A DNA stretch of 64,000 bases from Terriglobia bacterium (GTDB lineage Bacteria > Acidobacteriota > Terriglobia > JAJPHL01 > JAPKYU01), in contig CBDBKE010000002.1 in the NCBI GenBank assembly GCA_965206645.1, positions 576,001 to 640,000 on the forward strand. The letters are read 5' to 3'. The notes below the pieces were generated by a model. That model was not told the origin of the DNA. It saw nothing but the letters and a program-made list of their open reading frames with translations, and searched no databases. Shown here piece after piece: positions 29,239 to 39,037 of this stretch; within the stretch, counting starts at the first letter, position 1, and the number at the start of each line of letters is the position of its first letter. A program made the translations under genes and the position numbers.

Positions 29239-29850
29239 CTATTTTTGCAGCGCCTGGCGGATCGCCTCGTTCGATGGGCGTACCCTGAAATTCACTTCGG
29301 TGAAGCGCCATTCCACTTTGCCCTGTTTATCCAGCACGTAGGTGGTGGGATGGGGAATGAAGCGGCCCTTGGCGGCGGCTTCATTGCGCAAGCCGTAGCG
29401 GTCAATCACCCGGTGGTCGGCGTCCGACAGCAACCGGTAAGTCACCGCGCCGGGTGACTTGGCCCGTATACGCTCAACCATCGTCCGCAGCTTGTCCGGC
29501 GGATCGGAACTCACCGCCAGGAGTTCCACTTCCTGGCGCCCACTTTCACTCAACAGATCGCGCAGCTCTCCAAGCTGCTTCATGCAGTAGCCTCACCAGT
29601 AGCCGCGGTAAAACACAAGCACAACCTTTTTCTTCCCCCGAAAGCTGGAAAGCGTCACCAGTTTGCCGTCCTGGTCTTGGAGGGTGAAATCCGGAGCCAG
29701 GCTACCCTCCCGGACCCGGTCCAGGTCGGCCGGCGGAAGGTCACGTTCCCCGACGGCAGCGCCGAGGGCAAGGGGAGCTGCCATGGCAAGAGCAACACAA
29801 TTCAGCAGGAACGTCACAAGAAAACTGGGCAAGCTGAACTTTGAGCGCAT
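29239..29850 (-). CDS. Peroxiredoxin-like/AhpC-TSA redoxin selenoprotein (UxxC), 203 aa, with signal peptide
   Basis: The two tracked ORFs are one frame separated by TGA at 29595-29593: ...VLVFYRGYW-U-GYC-MKQL...; APDFTL Trx-fold start. Confidence 0.85.
29562..29578 (-). promoter_or_regulatory. Putative bacterial SECIS hairpin
   Basis: GCAGCU-UGGAG-AGCUGC; the G-containing apical loop starts about 21 nt 3' of the UGA. Confidence 0.7.
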
Positions 29851-29877
29851 ATTCAGCCAGTTTACCTCCGTCCCAGG

Positions 29878-31143
29878 TTACAGGAACAAGAATTCAGAGT
29901 CCGTGGAAGGTGCCCGGTGAAGCACAGCCGTCTGTTGCGGCCCGCCGAGCCGGTAGCGCGTGCCCCGCCAGGCGATGGTGCGGGTGAACCCCGCGCGGGT
30001 GAAGTTGTAAAACATCAGCAGCGGTATCAGCGGCGCTAGCAAAATGAAAGCCCAGCGCATGCGCCGGATTTCGTCAAGGTGATCCGGCATTGCGACACTG
30101 GCCCCGGCGGCCCGGGCGGCGCCGGTGGCCATACCCACTAGCCCGATCGCCGCCAGCAGCGCGAGGGCTGGCAGTGAGGACGCTGCCCAAAGCAGCGAAG
30201 CCACTCCAGCGCAATAGAGGCCGTTGGATGCCAGGCCCAGTTGCCACAGCCTGGGAGCGTAAACCCGCGTGATGATGATCTGCCGCGTCGTCCAGGAGAA
30301 CAGCTCGCCCCACTCGCATTCGCCGTGTGTGGGGACAAGGTGGATGGGTACAAACCGGATGGACAGGCCGGCCTCCCGGAGCGCGGTGGTGAGGCGATAG
30401 TCGTCGCTTACCGAGCCGCGCCAGTAACGGTCCACGTTCAGGTGAGTGAAGGTTTCGCGGCGCACCGCTGTCCCGCCGCCCCAACAAAAGTTCCGGCTGT
30501 GATCGCCCAACACCGAAGCGATAAAGGAATTCCACACGGCTCGGAAAATCGAAGGCAGACTCCGGCCGAGGGCACTGCGGGGAGGCAGGTACCAGCGGTA
30601 ACTGGTGGTCGCGCCCACTTCCTGTTCGGGTCGCGCCAAGGGCCGCACCAGTTCGCGGAGCCACCTGGGGTTAGGCCGCCCGTCCGAATCGGCAAACACC
30701 AGCACCCGGCTGGACGGGCGCACCTGCCGCACCGCCGCGCGCAGCCTCGTTACCTTTTCCCCCTCGTCCGACTGAGGTGCGGCGTAGATGAGCCGGGCGC
30801 CATGGATGGCGCTGGCAGTCGCCGATGCCCGATCCTCCGGTCCCGAGGTGGTAAAGATTAGCTCGTAGTCGGGATAATCCTGCTGGCGGTAGGCGGCCAG
30901 GTTCTCCTCCAGTCCTGGCTCGTATCCGCGGCAGGGCACAATCAGGCTGAGCGGCGGGGTGTCATCTTGAGCAGGGAGCCGGGAATGCGGAGTCTCGCTT
31001 GGGGCAGCATCTGCATGACCTGTTTCACGCAAAGGGGAGCTTGCATCCTGTCTGTCGCGATGGATGAAGGATAGCCAGCGCCGCGCACTCAGCAGCGAAC
31101 GCACACTTTGCAATAGCGCCAGCAGCCCCACCGCCCAGAGCAT
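29878..31143 (-). CDS. Membrane GT2 glycosyltransferase (ceramide glucosyltransferase/HpnI-like)
   Basis: IVPCRG, FADSD, SVSDD, WTTRQ motifs; N- and C-terminal TM helices. Confidence 0.85.
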   Translation of the reverse strand: MLWAVGLLALLQSVRSLLSARRWLSFIHRDRQDASSPLRETGHADAAPSETPHSRLPAQDDTPPLSLIVPCRGYEPGLEENLAAYRQQDYPDYELIFTTSGPEDRASATASAIHGARLIYAAPQSDEGEKVTRLRAAVRQVRPSSRVLVFADSDGRPNPRWLRELVRPLARPEQEVGATTSYRWYLPPRSALGRSLPSIFRAVWNSFIASVLGDHSRNFCWGGGTAVRRETFTHLNVDRYWRGSVSDDYRLTTALREAGLSIRFVPIHLVPTHGECEWGELFSWTTRQIIITRVYAPRLWQLGLASNGLYCAGVASLLWAASSLPALALLAAIGLVGMATGAARAAGASVAMPDHLDEIRRMRWAFILLAPLIPLLMFYNFTRAGFTRTIAWRGTRYRLGGPQQTAVLHRAPSTDSEFLFL

Positions 31144-31272
31144 ACGGTTCAGATTATGACACGGGGACTAACGCCAAGCGCTTCCCGCAACCGGCCAGCT
31201 GGCACAGGCTGCTGCTCTGCCACGGGCTTGGTTGCCTGTGCAGGTATCCGGGCAGGTCTGGTCTGGTTTCGC

Positions 31273-31305
31273 CAGTCTGCCGGGCGCCTGGCAACCGGCA
31301 GACTG
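31273..31305. other. Inverted repeat with perfect 11-bp stem
   Basis: CAGTCTGCCGG...CCGGCAGACTG next to the VNTR. Confidence 0.7.
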
Positions 31306-31317
31306 CCCAGGTGGCTT

Positions 31318-31480
31318 CCAGCTTGTATCCTCCCGATTCCACTGGCCCGATTCCACTGGCCCGATTCCACTGGCCCGATTCCACTGGCCCGATTCCACTG
31401 GCCCGATTCCACTGGCCCGATTCCACTGGCCCGATTCCACTGGATTCCACTGGCCAGCTTGTATCCTCCCGATTCCACTG
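31318..31480. repeat. 14-bp VNTR (CCCGATTCCACTGG x8 plus partial) bracketed by a 27-bp direct repeat
   Basis: Units 31332-31443; CCAGCTTGTATCCTCCCGATTCCACTG at 31318 and 31454. Confidence 0.97.
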
Positions 31481-31582
31481 ATAAGATGTGCGCGTCTTTG
31501 AGGACTGGCACTTCCGCATCCTGCCGCGCCTGTGGTTTCCCGAGGGAAACCATGACTTCACAGAAAGTACATTTGTTGGCAG

Positions 31583-33031
31583 ATGTTTAGTCGTCGAAGC
31601 AAGGTTCTGGGACTGCAGCTGGCACTGGCCGACCTGGCCATCACGGTCCTGACATTTGAAGCGGCCTATCTGCTTCGGCAACACCTGCCCGAGCTGCAGT
31701 TGTTTTACCTGGAACGAAGCGTGTTTGTCGGGGTGCTGGCCAGTGTGCTGGGCATCTGGTGGATGGTGGGCGCCGCCATGGGCATCTACCGCCGCACGGA
31801 ATTGTTCGAGGTGCCGCGCATCCTGGGCGACACGCTGCGTCAGGGACTGCTGGGCACAGCCGTGCTAATGGGCTGGCTCTACCTGCTGAAGCTGGGTCAC
31901 GTCAGCCGGCTCTTCATCCTGTTCTTCGTTATCCTCAACACGGTGGTGCTGCTGGTTTACCGCCTTTCGGCGCGCTCGCTGCGCCGACTGCGGCGACATG
32001 ACACGGGGCAGATCCGCTACTGTGTCATCGTTGGAACCGGTCCGAGTGCGCTGGAGGTAGCGCGGCTGATCGAAGCCAACGAGGAGCTGGGCGCGCAGGT
32101 GCTGGCATTCGTACGCGAGCGGCCCGGGACCGTCTCCAACGGGGCGCCCGCCGAGGGGGCGGCGATGGAAGCCAGCGGCTTGCGCCGTGCTTACCCGATC
32201 CGGGACCGCCAGCAGCTGCCCCAGATGCTGCACGAACACGTGGTGGATGAAATCATTTTCGCGGTCTCCAAGCAGGATCTGGAGCAGATGGAGGAGATTT
32301 TCCTGGCCTGCGAGGAAGAAGGGGTCAAGGCTCGGGTGCTGGTGAACTTTTTCCCGCACCTGTCCTCGGAAATCTACCTGGAGAAGTTGCAGTGGCTACC
32401 GCTGTTGACCTTCAGCACCACGCCGGAAAACGAATACCTGCTGTTCCTGAAGCGGGTTCTTGACGTGATGCTGGCCTCGGTGCTGCTGCTGCTGCTGGCC
32501 CCGCTGTTTCTGCTGGTGGCTGCGGCCATCCGGCTCACCTCGCCCGGTCCGGTCATCTTTTCCCAGGTGCGCTGCGGGCTGAACGGGCGTCGTTTCCGCC
32601 TCCACAAGTTCCGCTCCATGTATCAGGACGCCACCGCGCGATTTGCCGAAGTGGAGTACCTGAACGAGATGGACGGCCCGGTGTTCAAGTCCTCCCGTGA
32701 TCCGCGGGTCACGCCAGTGGGACGGCTGCTGCGAAAATTCTCCGTAGACGAATGGCCGCAACTGCTCAACATTCTGAAGGGCGACATGTCCTTTGTCGGC
32801 CCGCGCCCTCCCCTTCCCGAAGAGGTGCAAAAGTATGAGCGCTGGCAGCGCCGCCGCCTGCGCATGAAGCCGGGCCTGACTTGCCTGTGGGCCCTGGAGG
32901 GGCGCAATAAGTTGGATTTCCTGAGCTGGATGCGGCTGGACCTACACTACATTGATCATTGGAGCCTGCTGCTGGACCTCAAGATCCTGCTCCGTACCAT
33001 TCCACACGTGCTGTCAGGGAAAGGCGCCTAG
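31583..33031 (+). CDS. Polyprenyl-phosphate glycosyl-1-phosphate (priming) transferase, WcaJ/WbaP-like
   Basis: N-terminal TMs, KRVLD, KFRSM, DEWPQL, GDMSFVGPRP, KPGLTC. Confidence 0.93.
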   Translation: MFSRRSKVLGLQLALADLAITVLTFEAAYLLRQHLPELQLFYLERSVFVGVLASVLGIWWMVGAAMGIYRRTELFEVPRILGDTLRQGLLGTAVLMGWLYLLKLGHVSRLFILFFVILNTVVLLVYRLSARSLRRLRRHDTGQIRYCVIVGTGPSALEVARLIEANEELGAQVLAFVRERPGTVSNGAPAEGAAMEASGLRRAYPIRDRQQLPQMLHEHVVDEIIFAVSKQDLEQMEEIFLACEEEGVKARVLVNFFPHLSSEIYLEKLQWLPLLTFSTTPENEYLLFLKRVLDVMLASVLLLLLAPLFLLVAAAIRLTSPGPVIFSQVRCGLNGRRFRLHKFRSMYQDATARFAEVEYLNEMDGPVFKSSRDPRVTPVGRLLRKFSVDEWPQLLNILKGDMSFVGPRPPLPEEVQKYERWQRRRLRMKPGLTCLWALEGRNKLDFLSWMRLDLHYIDHWSLLLDLKILLRTIPHVLSGKGA

Positions 33032-33043
33032 GAGAGCGGAACC

Positions 33044-33547
33044 CTAGCGCCGGTTCATGATCATCTCGTCCATGGACCACCGCCAGCCGCCCGCGGTGCC
33101 GAAGATCACCAACAGTGCGGCAATGAACAGGCCGTTCACGACCGTGGTGACGATGCCGTTGCCCACCGCAGCCAGCAGGAAGAGCACCTGCATCAGGATG
33201 GCGGCCATGGATGCCACGCGCGTGCCTAATCCCAGTAGCAGCATGGAGCCCAGCAGCAGCTCGGCGCCCAGCACCAGCCAGGCAAAAATGTGGGCATGGG
33301 GGATCACGAAGGAGTCGAGCAGCCAGCCGGCTACATACAGGGAGTTTTTCTCGGCGAGGGCTTGCAACGTCTCAGGAAAGCCGGTTAGGAATCCGTCCCC
33401 TAGCTTGCTTATAAAGGTGAAGAGATAGGTCAAGCCCACGGCGATGCGCAGGAAGGCCAGCCACCGACGCATCGTCTCTGGCTCCGGGCCCAAGAGAGCG
33501 CGTCTCATTTCGCGCGGGTTGCGGGCCCAATCCGAATAAACTGACAC
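33044..33547 (-). CDS. DoxX/DoxD-family membrane protein
   Basis: LRIAVG, ELLLG..LLLGLGTR, WSMD motifs. Confidence 0.8.
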   Translation of the reverse strand: MSVYSDWARNPREMRRALLGPEPETMRRWLAFLRIAVGLTYLFTFISKLGDGFLTGFPETLQALAEKNSLYVAGWLLDSFVIPHAHIFAWLVLGAELLLGSMLLLGLGTRVASMAAILMQVLFLLAAVGNGIVTTVVNGLFIAALLVIFGTAGGWRWSMDEMIMNRR

Positions 33548-33892
33548 GTACCCTATCCCCGCCCACCAAAGCGCTAACCTCTAAGGAGCAAAAACCCCCT
33601 TTTACCATGATAACAAACCTGGAATCGTTCGGAAAGGCCCAAATTGGGCCTGCTTCTTCTCAAAGTGGTAACTGGGTGCCGAGGACGGCTAAGGTCAATG
33701 TAATGCCGGAACTATCGGCTGTTGTGGGGAGTCAGTGGCACGGAATCTTCGCTCGGCTCCAGGCCCAGAAAGCAACCCCGGGGCAGGCGGGATCATGAGC
33801 TGACCAGACCGATTTTTTGTACCAACCGTAGTGAGAGTTTACATCGCAGCCTGGGGCTGTGAAACTGGTTTCAGTGGCAGGGGAGGGCTATA

Positions 33893-35286
33893 GAGCCTGT
33901 GTGGAAACTCGGTTTAGCTGGCTGGAAATCAAAAGGGATCATGATTCGCTCCAGAATTCTGGTGTTTCGATCTTCGCCGAGTCGCCGGTCCGGGAGTCTG
34001 CTGAACTAGCCTTCCTGATTTAGCTTCGGTTTGTTGCGCCACAGGCGGGTGAGGTTGAAGGCCGTTGCGGCCAGCGCGAACTCCACCGCGACCTTCTCCA
34101 GGCCCCGCCGCCGGAACTGCCGCATTCCACGCTGTTCTTTCAAAACCCCGATCACTGGTTCCACGATCGCCTTGCGCCGCTGATAAACCGCCCGGCCGGC
34201 CGGGTCGCGCAGCTTGCGTCGCATTCGCCGATGTTCCGGATGCCGTACAGCAGGTGCTCCGGGCGCGCGTTGGCCTCGGTTCAGTTCCCGCGCCAAGTTC
34301 GAGTCGGGCACATAGACGTCCAGGCCACGCTGGGCCAGTTCCACGATGGTCTCCAAGCAAAAGAAGCCGCTGTCGGCGCTGACCTTCTGCGGGCGTTCCC
34401 GGCAGCGCCGCTCGACCGCCTCCACCAGAGGGACCAGCGTCGCGTTGTCGGTGGCGTTTTGCCCCACGTGCTGCTCGACAATCAGATGATCTTCGCTGAC
34501 CGCCACCTCCGCCGTGTAACCCAGCGTGAATCCCTTGCGGTCGCGCAAAAACCGGCTGTCGGGATCGGTTTCCGAACGCCGCTTCAGCCCGCTTTTGCGC
34601 AACCGCTCCAGGCATCGCGGGATTTCTTCCAGCCGCTTCTCCAGCGCTGCCATCTGCTTGCCGCTCAGTTGCTGGCCAGCCGCTTCCTCGCAGGACTGCG
34701 TGTCACATTGTTTCTGCCAGCGACGAATCTGCCGCCGAATTTTGGCTCGCTCTGCCCTCAACTTGGCCACCGTCTCCACCCGGTCCTGCGAGGCGTTGGC
34801 CGCCACCCGCGTCGAGTCCATGGCCACGTGTCCCAGCCGCCCCATCCCCAGCGACCGCGCCAACTCCACCACCTGTGTGAACAGATCGTTCAGGGCACGG
34901 GCGTGCCGCGTCCGAAACTGGTTCAGCGTCCAAAAGTCCGGCCCCGCTCCGGCCGCCAGATAACGGAACGCCAGGTCCTCCCGCACCCGCTGTTCCAGAC
35001 GGCGGGCCGAGGTCACGCCCAGCGCGTAGGCATACAGCCACACCTTCAGCAACAGCGCCGGATGATAGGCCGGGCGGCCTTCTTCCACGTAGCCCTGCTC
35101 AAACGCACTCAGTTCCAGCCGCTCCACGACTTGGTGCACAAAAAAACAGATGTGATCTTCTCCCAGCACCTCCCGCACGCTGGGCGGTAGCAGATACGCT
35201 TGCTCCGGGTTGTAGGTCAAGAATTTCATCGCGCCCCCTTAAGGCGCATTATACGTGACTCGCAAGAGCGGTTTTCACACAGACTC
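33893..35286 (-). mobile_element. IS1182-family insertion sequence (1394 bp) with TATA target duplication
   Basis: IRs GAGCCTGTGTGGAAAC / GTTTTCACACAGACTC (14/16); TATA at 33889-33892 and 35287-35290. Confidence 0.92.
34006..35229 (-). CDS. IS1182-family DDE transposase
   Basis: GRPAYHP, DSTRVAANAS, TDPDSR, ADSGF, YQRRKAIVEPV. Confidence 0.92.
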   Translation of the reverse strand: MKFLTYNPEQAYLLPPSVREVLGEDHICFFVHQVVERLELSAFEQGYVEEGRPAYHPALLLKVWLYAYALGVTSARRLEQRVREDLAFRYLAAGAGPDFWTLNQFRTRHARALNDLFTQVVELARSLGMGRLGHVAMDSTRVAANASQDRVETVAKLRAERAKIRRQIRRWQKQCDTQSCEEAAGQQLSGKQMAALEKRLEEIPRCLERLRKSGLKRRSETDPDSRFLRDRKGFTLGYTAEVAVSEDHLIVEQHVGQNATDNATLVPLVEAVERRCRERPQKVSADSGFFCLETIVELAQRGLDVYVPDSNLARELNRGQRAPGAPAVRHPEHRRMRRKLRDPAGRAVYQRRKAIVEPVIGVLKEQRGMRQFRRRGLEKVAVEFALAATAFNLTRLWRNKPKLNQEG

Positions 35287-36381
35287 TATAGGCCCCCGGC
35301 GCCGGGGGCCTATAGCCGAGCGCCGAGTGCGGCCGCACCGTGTTGTATTGCACCCTCCACTGTTCAATCACCACCTGTGCCTCCTTCAACGAGTAGAAGA
35401 TCTCTCCATTCAGGCATTCGTCCCGCAGCTTCCCATTGAAACTCTCGCAGTACCCGTTCTCCCAGGGACTGCCCGGTTCGATGTACAGTGTCCCGGTCCC
35501 TAGATTTGCCAACCACTGGCGCAGTTGTTTGGCGATGAACTCGGGACCATTGTCGGATCGAATCTGTTCCGGTATCCCTCGCCACAACATCACGTCCGAC
35601 AACGCCTCAATGATTTGTTGGCTGCCCATCCTCCGCTCCACCCGGATCGCCAGGCATTCCCGCGTGTACTCATCCAGCAAGGTCAGCAGCCGCAGCGTTC
35701 TCCCCTCGTGCGTTCTGGCACTCATGAAGTCGTAGCTCCACACGTGGTTCGGTCGCTCCGGCCTCAGTCGTACACAGGAACCGTCGTTCAGCCACAGCCG
35801 TCCTCGCGGCCTTTGTTTTTGCGGCACTTTCAGCCCTTCCCGCCGCCAAATCCGCTGCACCCGGTCCTTGCCCACTTCCCAGCCCGCACTCCGCAGCAAC
35901 GCTGTGATCCTCCGGTAGCCATATCGCCCGTACTTCGCTCCCAGGGCAATGATCGCTCGGGTCAGAGCATCCTCGTCCACCCGATGAATCGGCTCGTATC
36001 GTTGTGTCCCTCGCCATTGCCCCAGCAGCCGGCAGGCATGCCGTTCCGACAACCCGTGTTGCTCCCACGCACGCTCCACCGCACAACGCCGCCGCTCAGG
36101 GCTCAGAAGTTTCCCTGTGCCACATCCCGCAGCACCTGCTTCTCCAGAGAAAGCTCCGCTACCAACCGCTTCAGCCGCGTGTTTTCCTTCTCCAACTCCT
36201 TTAGCCGTTTTGCCTGCACCACCTTCAGCCCGCCGTATTCCTTCCGCCACCGGTAGTAGGTTTGGGTGTGGATTCCAGCTTCTTTGCAGGCTTGGGGCGC
36301 AGTCTTCCCGTTCCCCATCTGCACTTCTATCTGCCGTAGCACCGCTACAATCTGCTCCGGCTTGTAACTCCTTGTCGGCAT
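35249..36381 (-). CDS. IS3 transposase OrfAB (copy 2), C-terminal tail replaced by IS1182 end sequence
   Basis: OrfA 36103-36381; OrfB ends ...PGAYRVCVKTALASHV* instead of ...PGAYSPPLPLKPVSQPQAAM*. Confidence 0.88.
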
Positions 36382-36448
36382 GACCTCACTTCCTCCTCAA
36401 GTGGATTCTCTCTCTTTCCACTTGGTACAAAAAGTGCCGGTCAGGTCA

Positions 36449-37042
36449 GAACGATGGGTCGTGTCTTCGGTTAAGACCGTGCTGGCGGGATCATGTCTGG
36501 GCGTACGATTTTGTGGCAGATCGAACCCGGGACGGTCGTCCCCTGAAGATGTTGACGGTGGTGGATGAGTACACGCGAGAATGTTTGGCGATCAACGTAG
36601 GACGGCGAGCTGATTCGATGAGTGTCTTGGAACGGCTGGCAGCCTTGTTTGTGGAGCGAGGAGTTCCCGATTACATTCGCTCGGACAATGGGTCCGAGTT
36701 CACAGCACGGTTGGTTCGGAACTGGCTGGAGCGGGTAGGGGTAAAGACCTTGTTCATCGAGCCGGGGAGCCCATGGGAAAACGGGTATGTAGAATCGTTG
36801 AACGGGAAGTTTCGAGACGAGTTTCTCAATGGAGAGATCTTCTACACCTTGCGGGAAGCGAAGGTGTTGATTGAGGGATGGCGACGGGAGTATAACAAAG
36901 TTCGCCCGCACAGCGCGTTGGGCTACCGGCCGCCAGCCCCGGAAGCGATCTTGCCGTTACCGCCGGGTTCCGCTCCGCTCCACCCGGCTGCAACGGCTTA
37001 TGGACTAACATAAAAAGTGGACCAACAACCGGGGGCAGGTCA
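36449..37042 (+). mobile_element. Truncated, divergent IS3-family element (3' half only)
   Basis: Begins mid-orfB (NDGSCLRLRPCWRDHVWAYDF...) at the copy-2 junction; stop at 37013; IRR ...CCGGGGGCAGGTCA ends at 37042. Confidence 0.9.
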
Positions 37043-37192
37043 GAGTTCGCCAGCAGGATCGGAATCAGTCAGAACTACTTGTCAGCCATGGAACGTGGCA
37101 AGGTTCAAATGGGAGCTGGAATTTTGCTCAGAATCAGCCAGGAGTTCGGAAAGTCCATCGAGTGGTTGTTGACGGGGCAGGAGAAGGGCTGA
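37043..37192 (+). pseudogene. XRE/Cro-type HTH regulator, 5'-truncated by IS3
   Basis: EFASRIGISQNYLSAMERGKVQMGAGILLRISQEFGKSIEWLLTGQEKG* begins exactly at the IS end. Confidence 0.85.
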
Positions 37193-37225
37193 AGGAAGGT
37201 CTCCTCCCTTCAATGCTTCAGCACC

Positions 37226-37254
37226 TTGACGAATAAAACGTTTCAGTATATTCT
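37226..37254 (+). promoter_or_regulatory. Putative sigma70 promoter TTGACG-17-TATTCT
   Basis: Consensus-like boxes in an AT-rich stretch upstream of 37458. Confidence 0.55.
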
Positions 37255-37457
37255 TGTTTTATTGCCGGGGGGTGGTCCATGTGCAAGTCCCCGAGAATAC
37301 AAACCCCGCCAGCTTGGACCTGCCGTGTTTGTGTGACCGGCGCTGAGTTTCCATCAAGAATCCCGGGCAGCGCAAACCCTCTTTTCTAGTGGCAACATTG
37401 GCCCGTAGATAACTCAGCACTCACCGCGAAGGTTCAGTGTAAGGAGGTTGGAACAGA

Positions 37458-37964
37458 ATGATAGCGACCCGAGAGAAGAAACCCACTACAGCGGAAGCTC
37501 AGTCCACTGCAGGACGTGGTCGCAACGGCAGGTTCCTGCCGAAGTCCAGCGGCAACACCGCAGGAAGGCCCAAGGGCAGCCGAAACAAAACGACCTTGGC
37601 CGCCCAGGCATTGTTGGACGGCGAAGCCGAGGCTTTAACACGCAAGGCGATCGAAAAGGCAATGTCCGGTGACCCGGTTGCATTGCGTCTGTGCCTCAAG
37701 CGCATCCTTCCTCGGCGCGAGGATCGATTGGTTGAATTGTCGCTCCCCAAGGTTGAGACAGCCACCGAGGTCGCTTCTGCCCTAGACACGGTGATCCATG
37801 CAGTGGCAGCTGGGATTCTTACGCCCGGCGAGGGCGAAACAATCGCTCGGATGCTCGAGACGCATGGAAGATTGATCGAGGCAGCCGAACTCGGGCGGCG
37901 CATAGGGGAGCTGGAGAACAAAGTCCAGGAGATGGAGCGGTCGCTTCCGAAGACTTGGCCATGA
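37458..37964 (+). CDS. DUF5681-like protein
   Basis: GRFLPKSSGNTAGRPKGSRNK...ALLDGEAEALTRKAIEKA; AAGGAGG RBS. Confidence 0.75.
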   Translation: MIATREKKPTTAEAQSTAGRGRNGRFLPKSSGNTAGRPKGSRNKTTLAAQALLDGEAEALTRKAIEKAMSGDPVALRLCLKRILPRREDRLVELSLPKVETATEVASALDTVIHAVAAGILTPGEGETIARMLETHGRLIEAAELGRRIGELENKVQEMERSLPKTWP

Positions 37965-38284
37965 ACTCGCAGAAACGCCTAGATCATCTGGAACAGCGTA
38001 TAGGTGTTCTTGAGGAGAAGCATGCGCGTTTATTGGCTTCGGGACAGCTTAGGAACTTCGGTGCTGCAATGGGGCTGCTCACCCATGAAGAGAGACACCA
38101 ATTAGATGAGATTGCCAAGGCCACAGAGGAGCGAGAAGAACCCGCACGGCTGCGGAAACAACGTGCGGATTCGCTTGCGGCCGAACAAACGGCTCAAGAG
38201 ATGCGGGACCTTATCAGGCTTTCAGAGGAGCAGGGCTTAATAAAGAAACGTCCTAGCGCGGATCGCAAACCGCACGACAGATAA
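37961..38284 (+). CDS. Hypothetical helical protein
   Basis: ATGA overlap with the upstream stop; coiled-coil-like composition. Confidence 0.55.
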   Translation: MNSQKRLDHLEQRIGVLEEKHARLLASGQLRNFGAAMGLLTHEERHQLDEIAKATEEREEPARLRKQRADSLAAEQTAQEMRDLIRLSEEQGLIKKRPSADRKPHDR

Positions 38285-38402
38285 TCTGGCAAGTTCCGAG
38301 TCGGCAAGAGCTTAATGTTGGACTCGTCGGCAGGGGGCTACGTATGCCCTGCTGTCCTCAACCGCTCAACCGGTCTGCCCTGTTCCTGGCCTGTTTTTCC
38401 AG

Positions 38403-38924
38403 GTGAACTTCTCCGCTCGGCGCTTATCAAGGGCGATGGGACCGCGTCTCACGGACAGCCTCAATGTCGGGCACGAAAGTCTCGGAATCGAGGACGTTAG
38501 GGCGTGCCCTGGGATAAGATCTGGCTTTGTCCAACCAGCGAATGGACCGGGGGTTGGTGTGGTCTTCTGTCCCCAGTGCTTTAGCTCCGACGTCAGGCGC
38601 TCCCATCGGCGGGTCCCATTCCTGCGTGCCAACAGCTGCCGGGCTTGTGGCAAGCGTTTCTTGCGAGGGGGAAGACCACCCTTTGCCTGCTGCCCCAGGT
38701 GTGGTGGGAGCGAAGTCCAAGTGACTTCGCGAAACCGGGCGCCGAAGGGAGTGGCCATCACCCTCCGGCGTCTGTTGGGAAGTTGTAGCTATCGGTGTTC
38801 CAACTGCCGACACCATTTTCTGGACTCCCGTCGTCTTCGCTCGAAATTTGAACCTCAGCTTGGGCAGTCCGGCGGGAGTTCCAACACGGAATTCGCCACG
38901 GGAAGGCGGCGGAAGAAGGGCTAA
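38403..38924 (+). CDS. Tandem Zn-ribbon (4x CxxC) hypothetical protein; start uncertain
   Basis: CPQC, CRAC, CPRC, CSNC in two repeated modules. Confidence 0.6.
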   Translation: MNFSARRLSRAMGPRLTDSLNVGHESLGIEDVRACPGIRSGFVQPANGPGVGVVFCPQCFSSDVRRSHRRVPFLRANSCRACGKRFLRGGRPPFACCPRCGGSEVQVTSRNRAPKGVAITLRRLLGSCSYRCSNCRHHFLDSRRLRSKFEPQLGQSGGSSNTEFATGRRRKKG

Positions 38925-39037
38925 CACTTCACTCACTAAAATCAACGTGTCGCCAGTAGCCGTGCCCTTTCGCTCCGAAGTCTCGTGACTCAGGACACTG
39001 GTTTACTGCCACATAAACGTTTGGGCGAGGAAACTGG

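Larger units (their letters stand above)
33801..36448 (-). mobile_element. IS3-family element, copy 2 (near-identical to copy 1), carrying an inserted IS1182
   Basis: Same IRs (IRR at 33801, IRL ends 36448); only about 3 substitutions vs copy 1 seen by eye; flanks GAGC/GAAC. Confidence 0.95.

Noticed and set aside
31318-31480. CRISPR array
   Set aside because: Units are contiguous 14-mers with no unique spacers, and no cas genes are present.
31149-31684. Repeat-rich ORFs (QWNRASGIGPVESG etc.)
   Set aside because: Translation artefacts of the 14-bp VNTR.
16528-36448. Composite transposon or simple inversion bounded by the two inverted IS3 copies
   Set aside because: Outer flanks (CTGT vs GAAC) are not duplicated, and the inner flanks do not match as swapped target sites.
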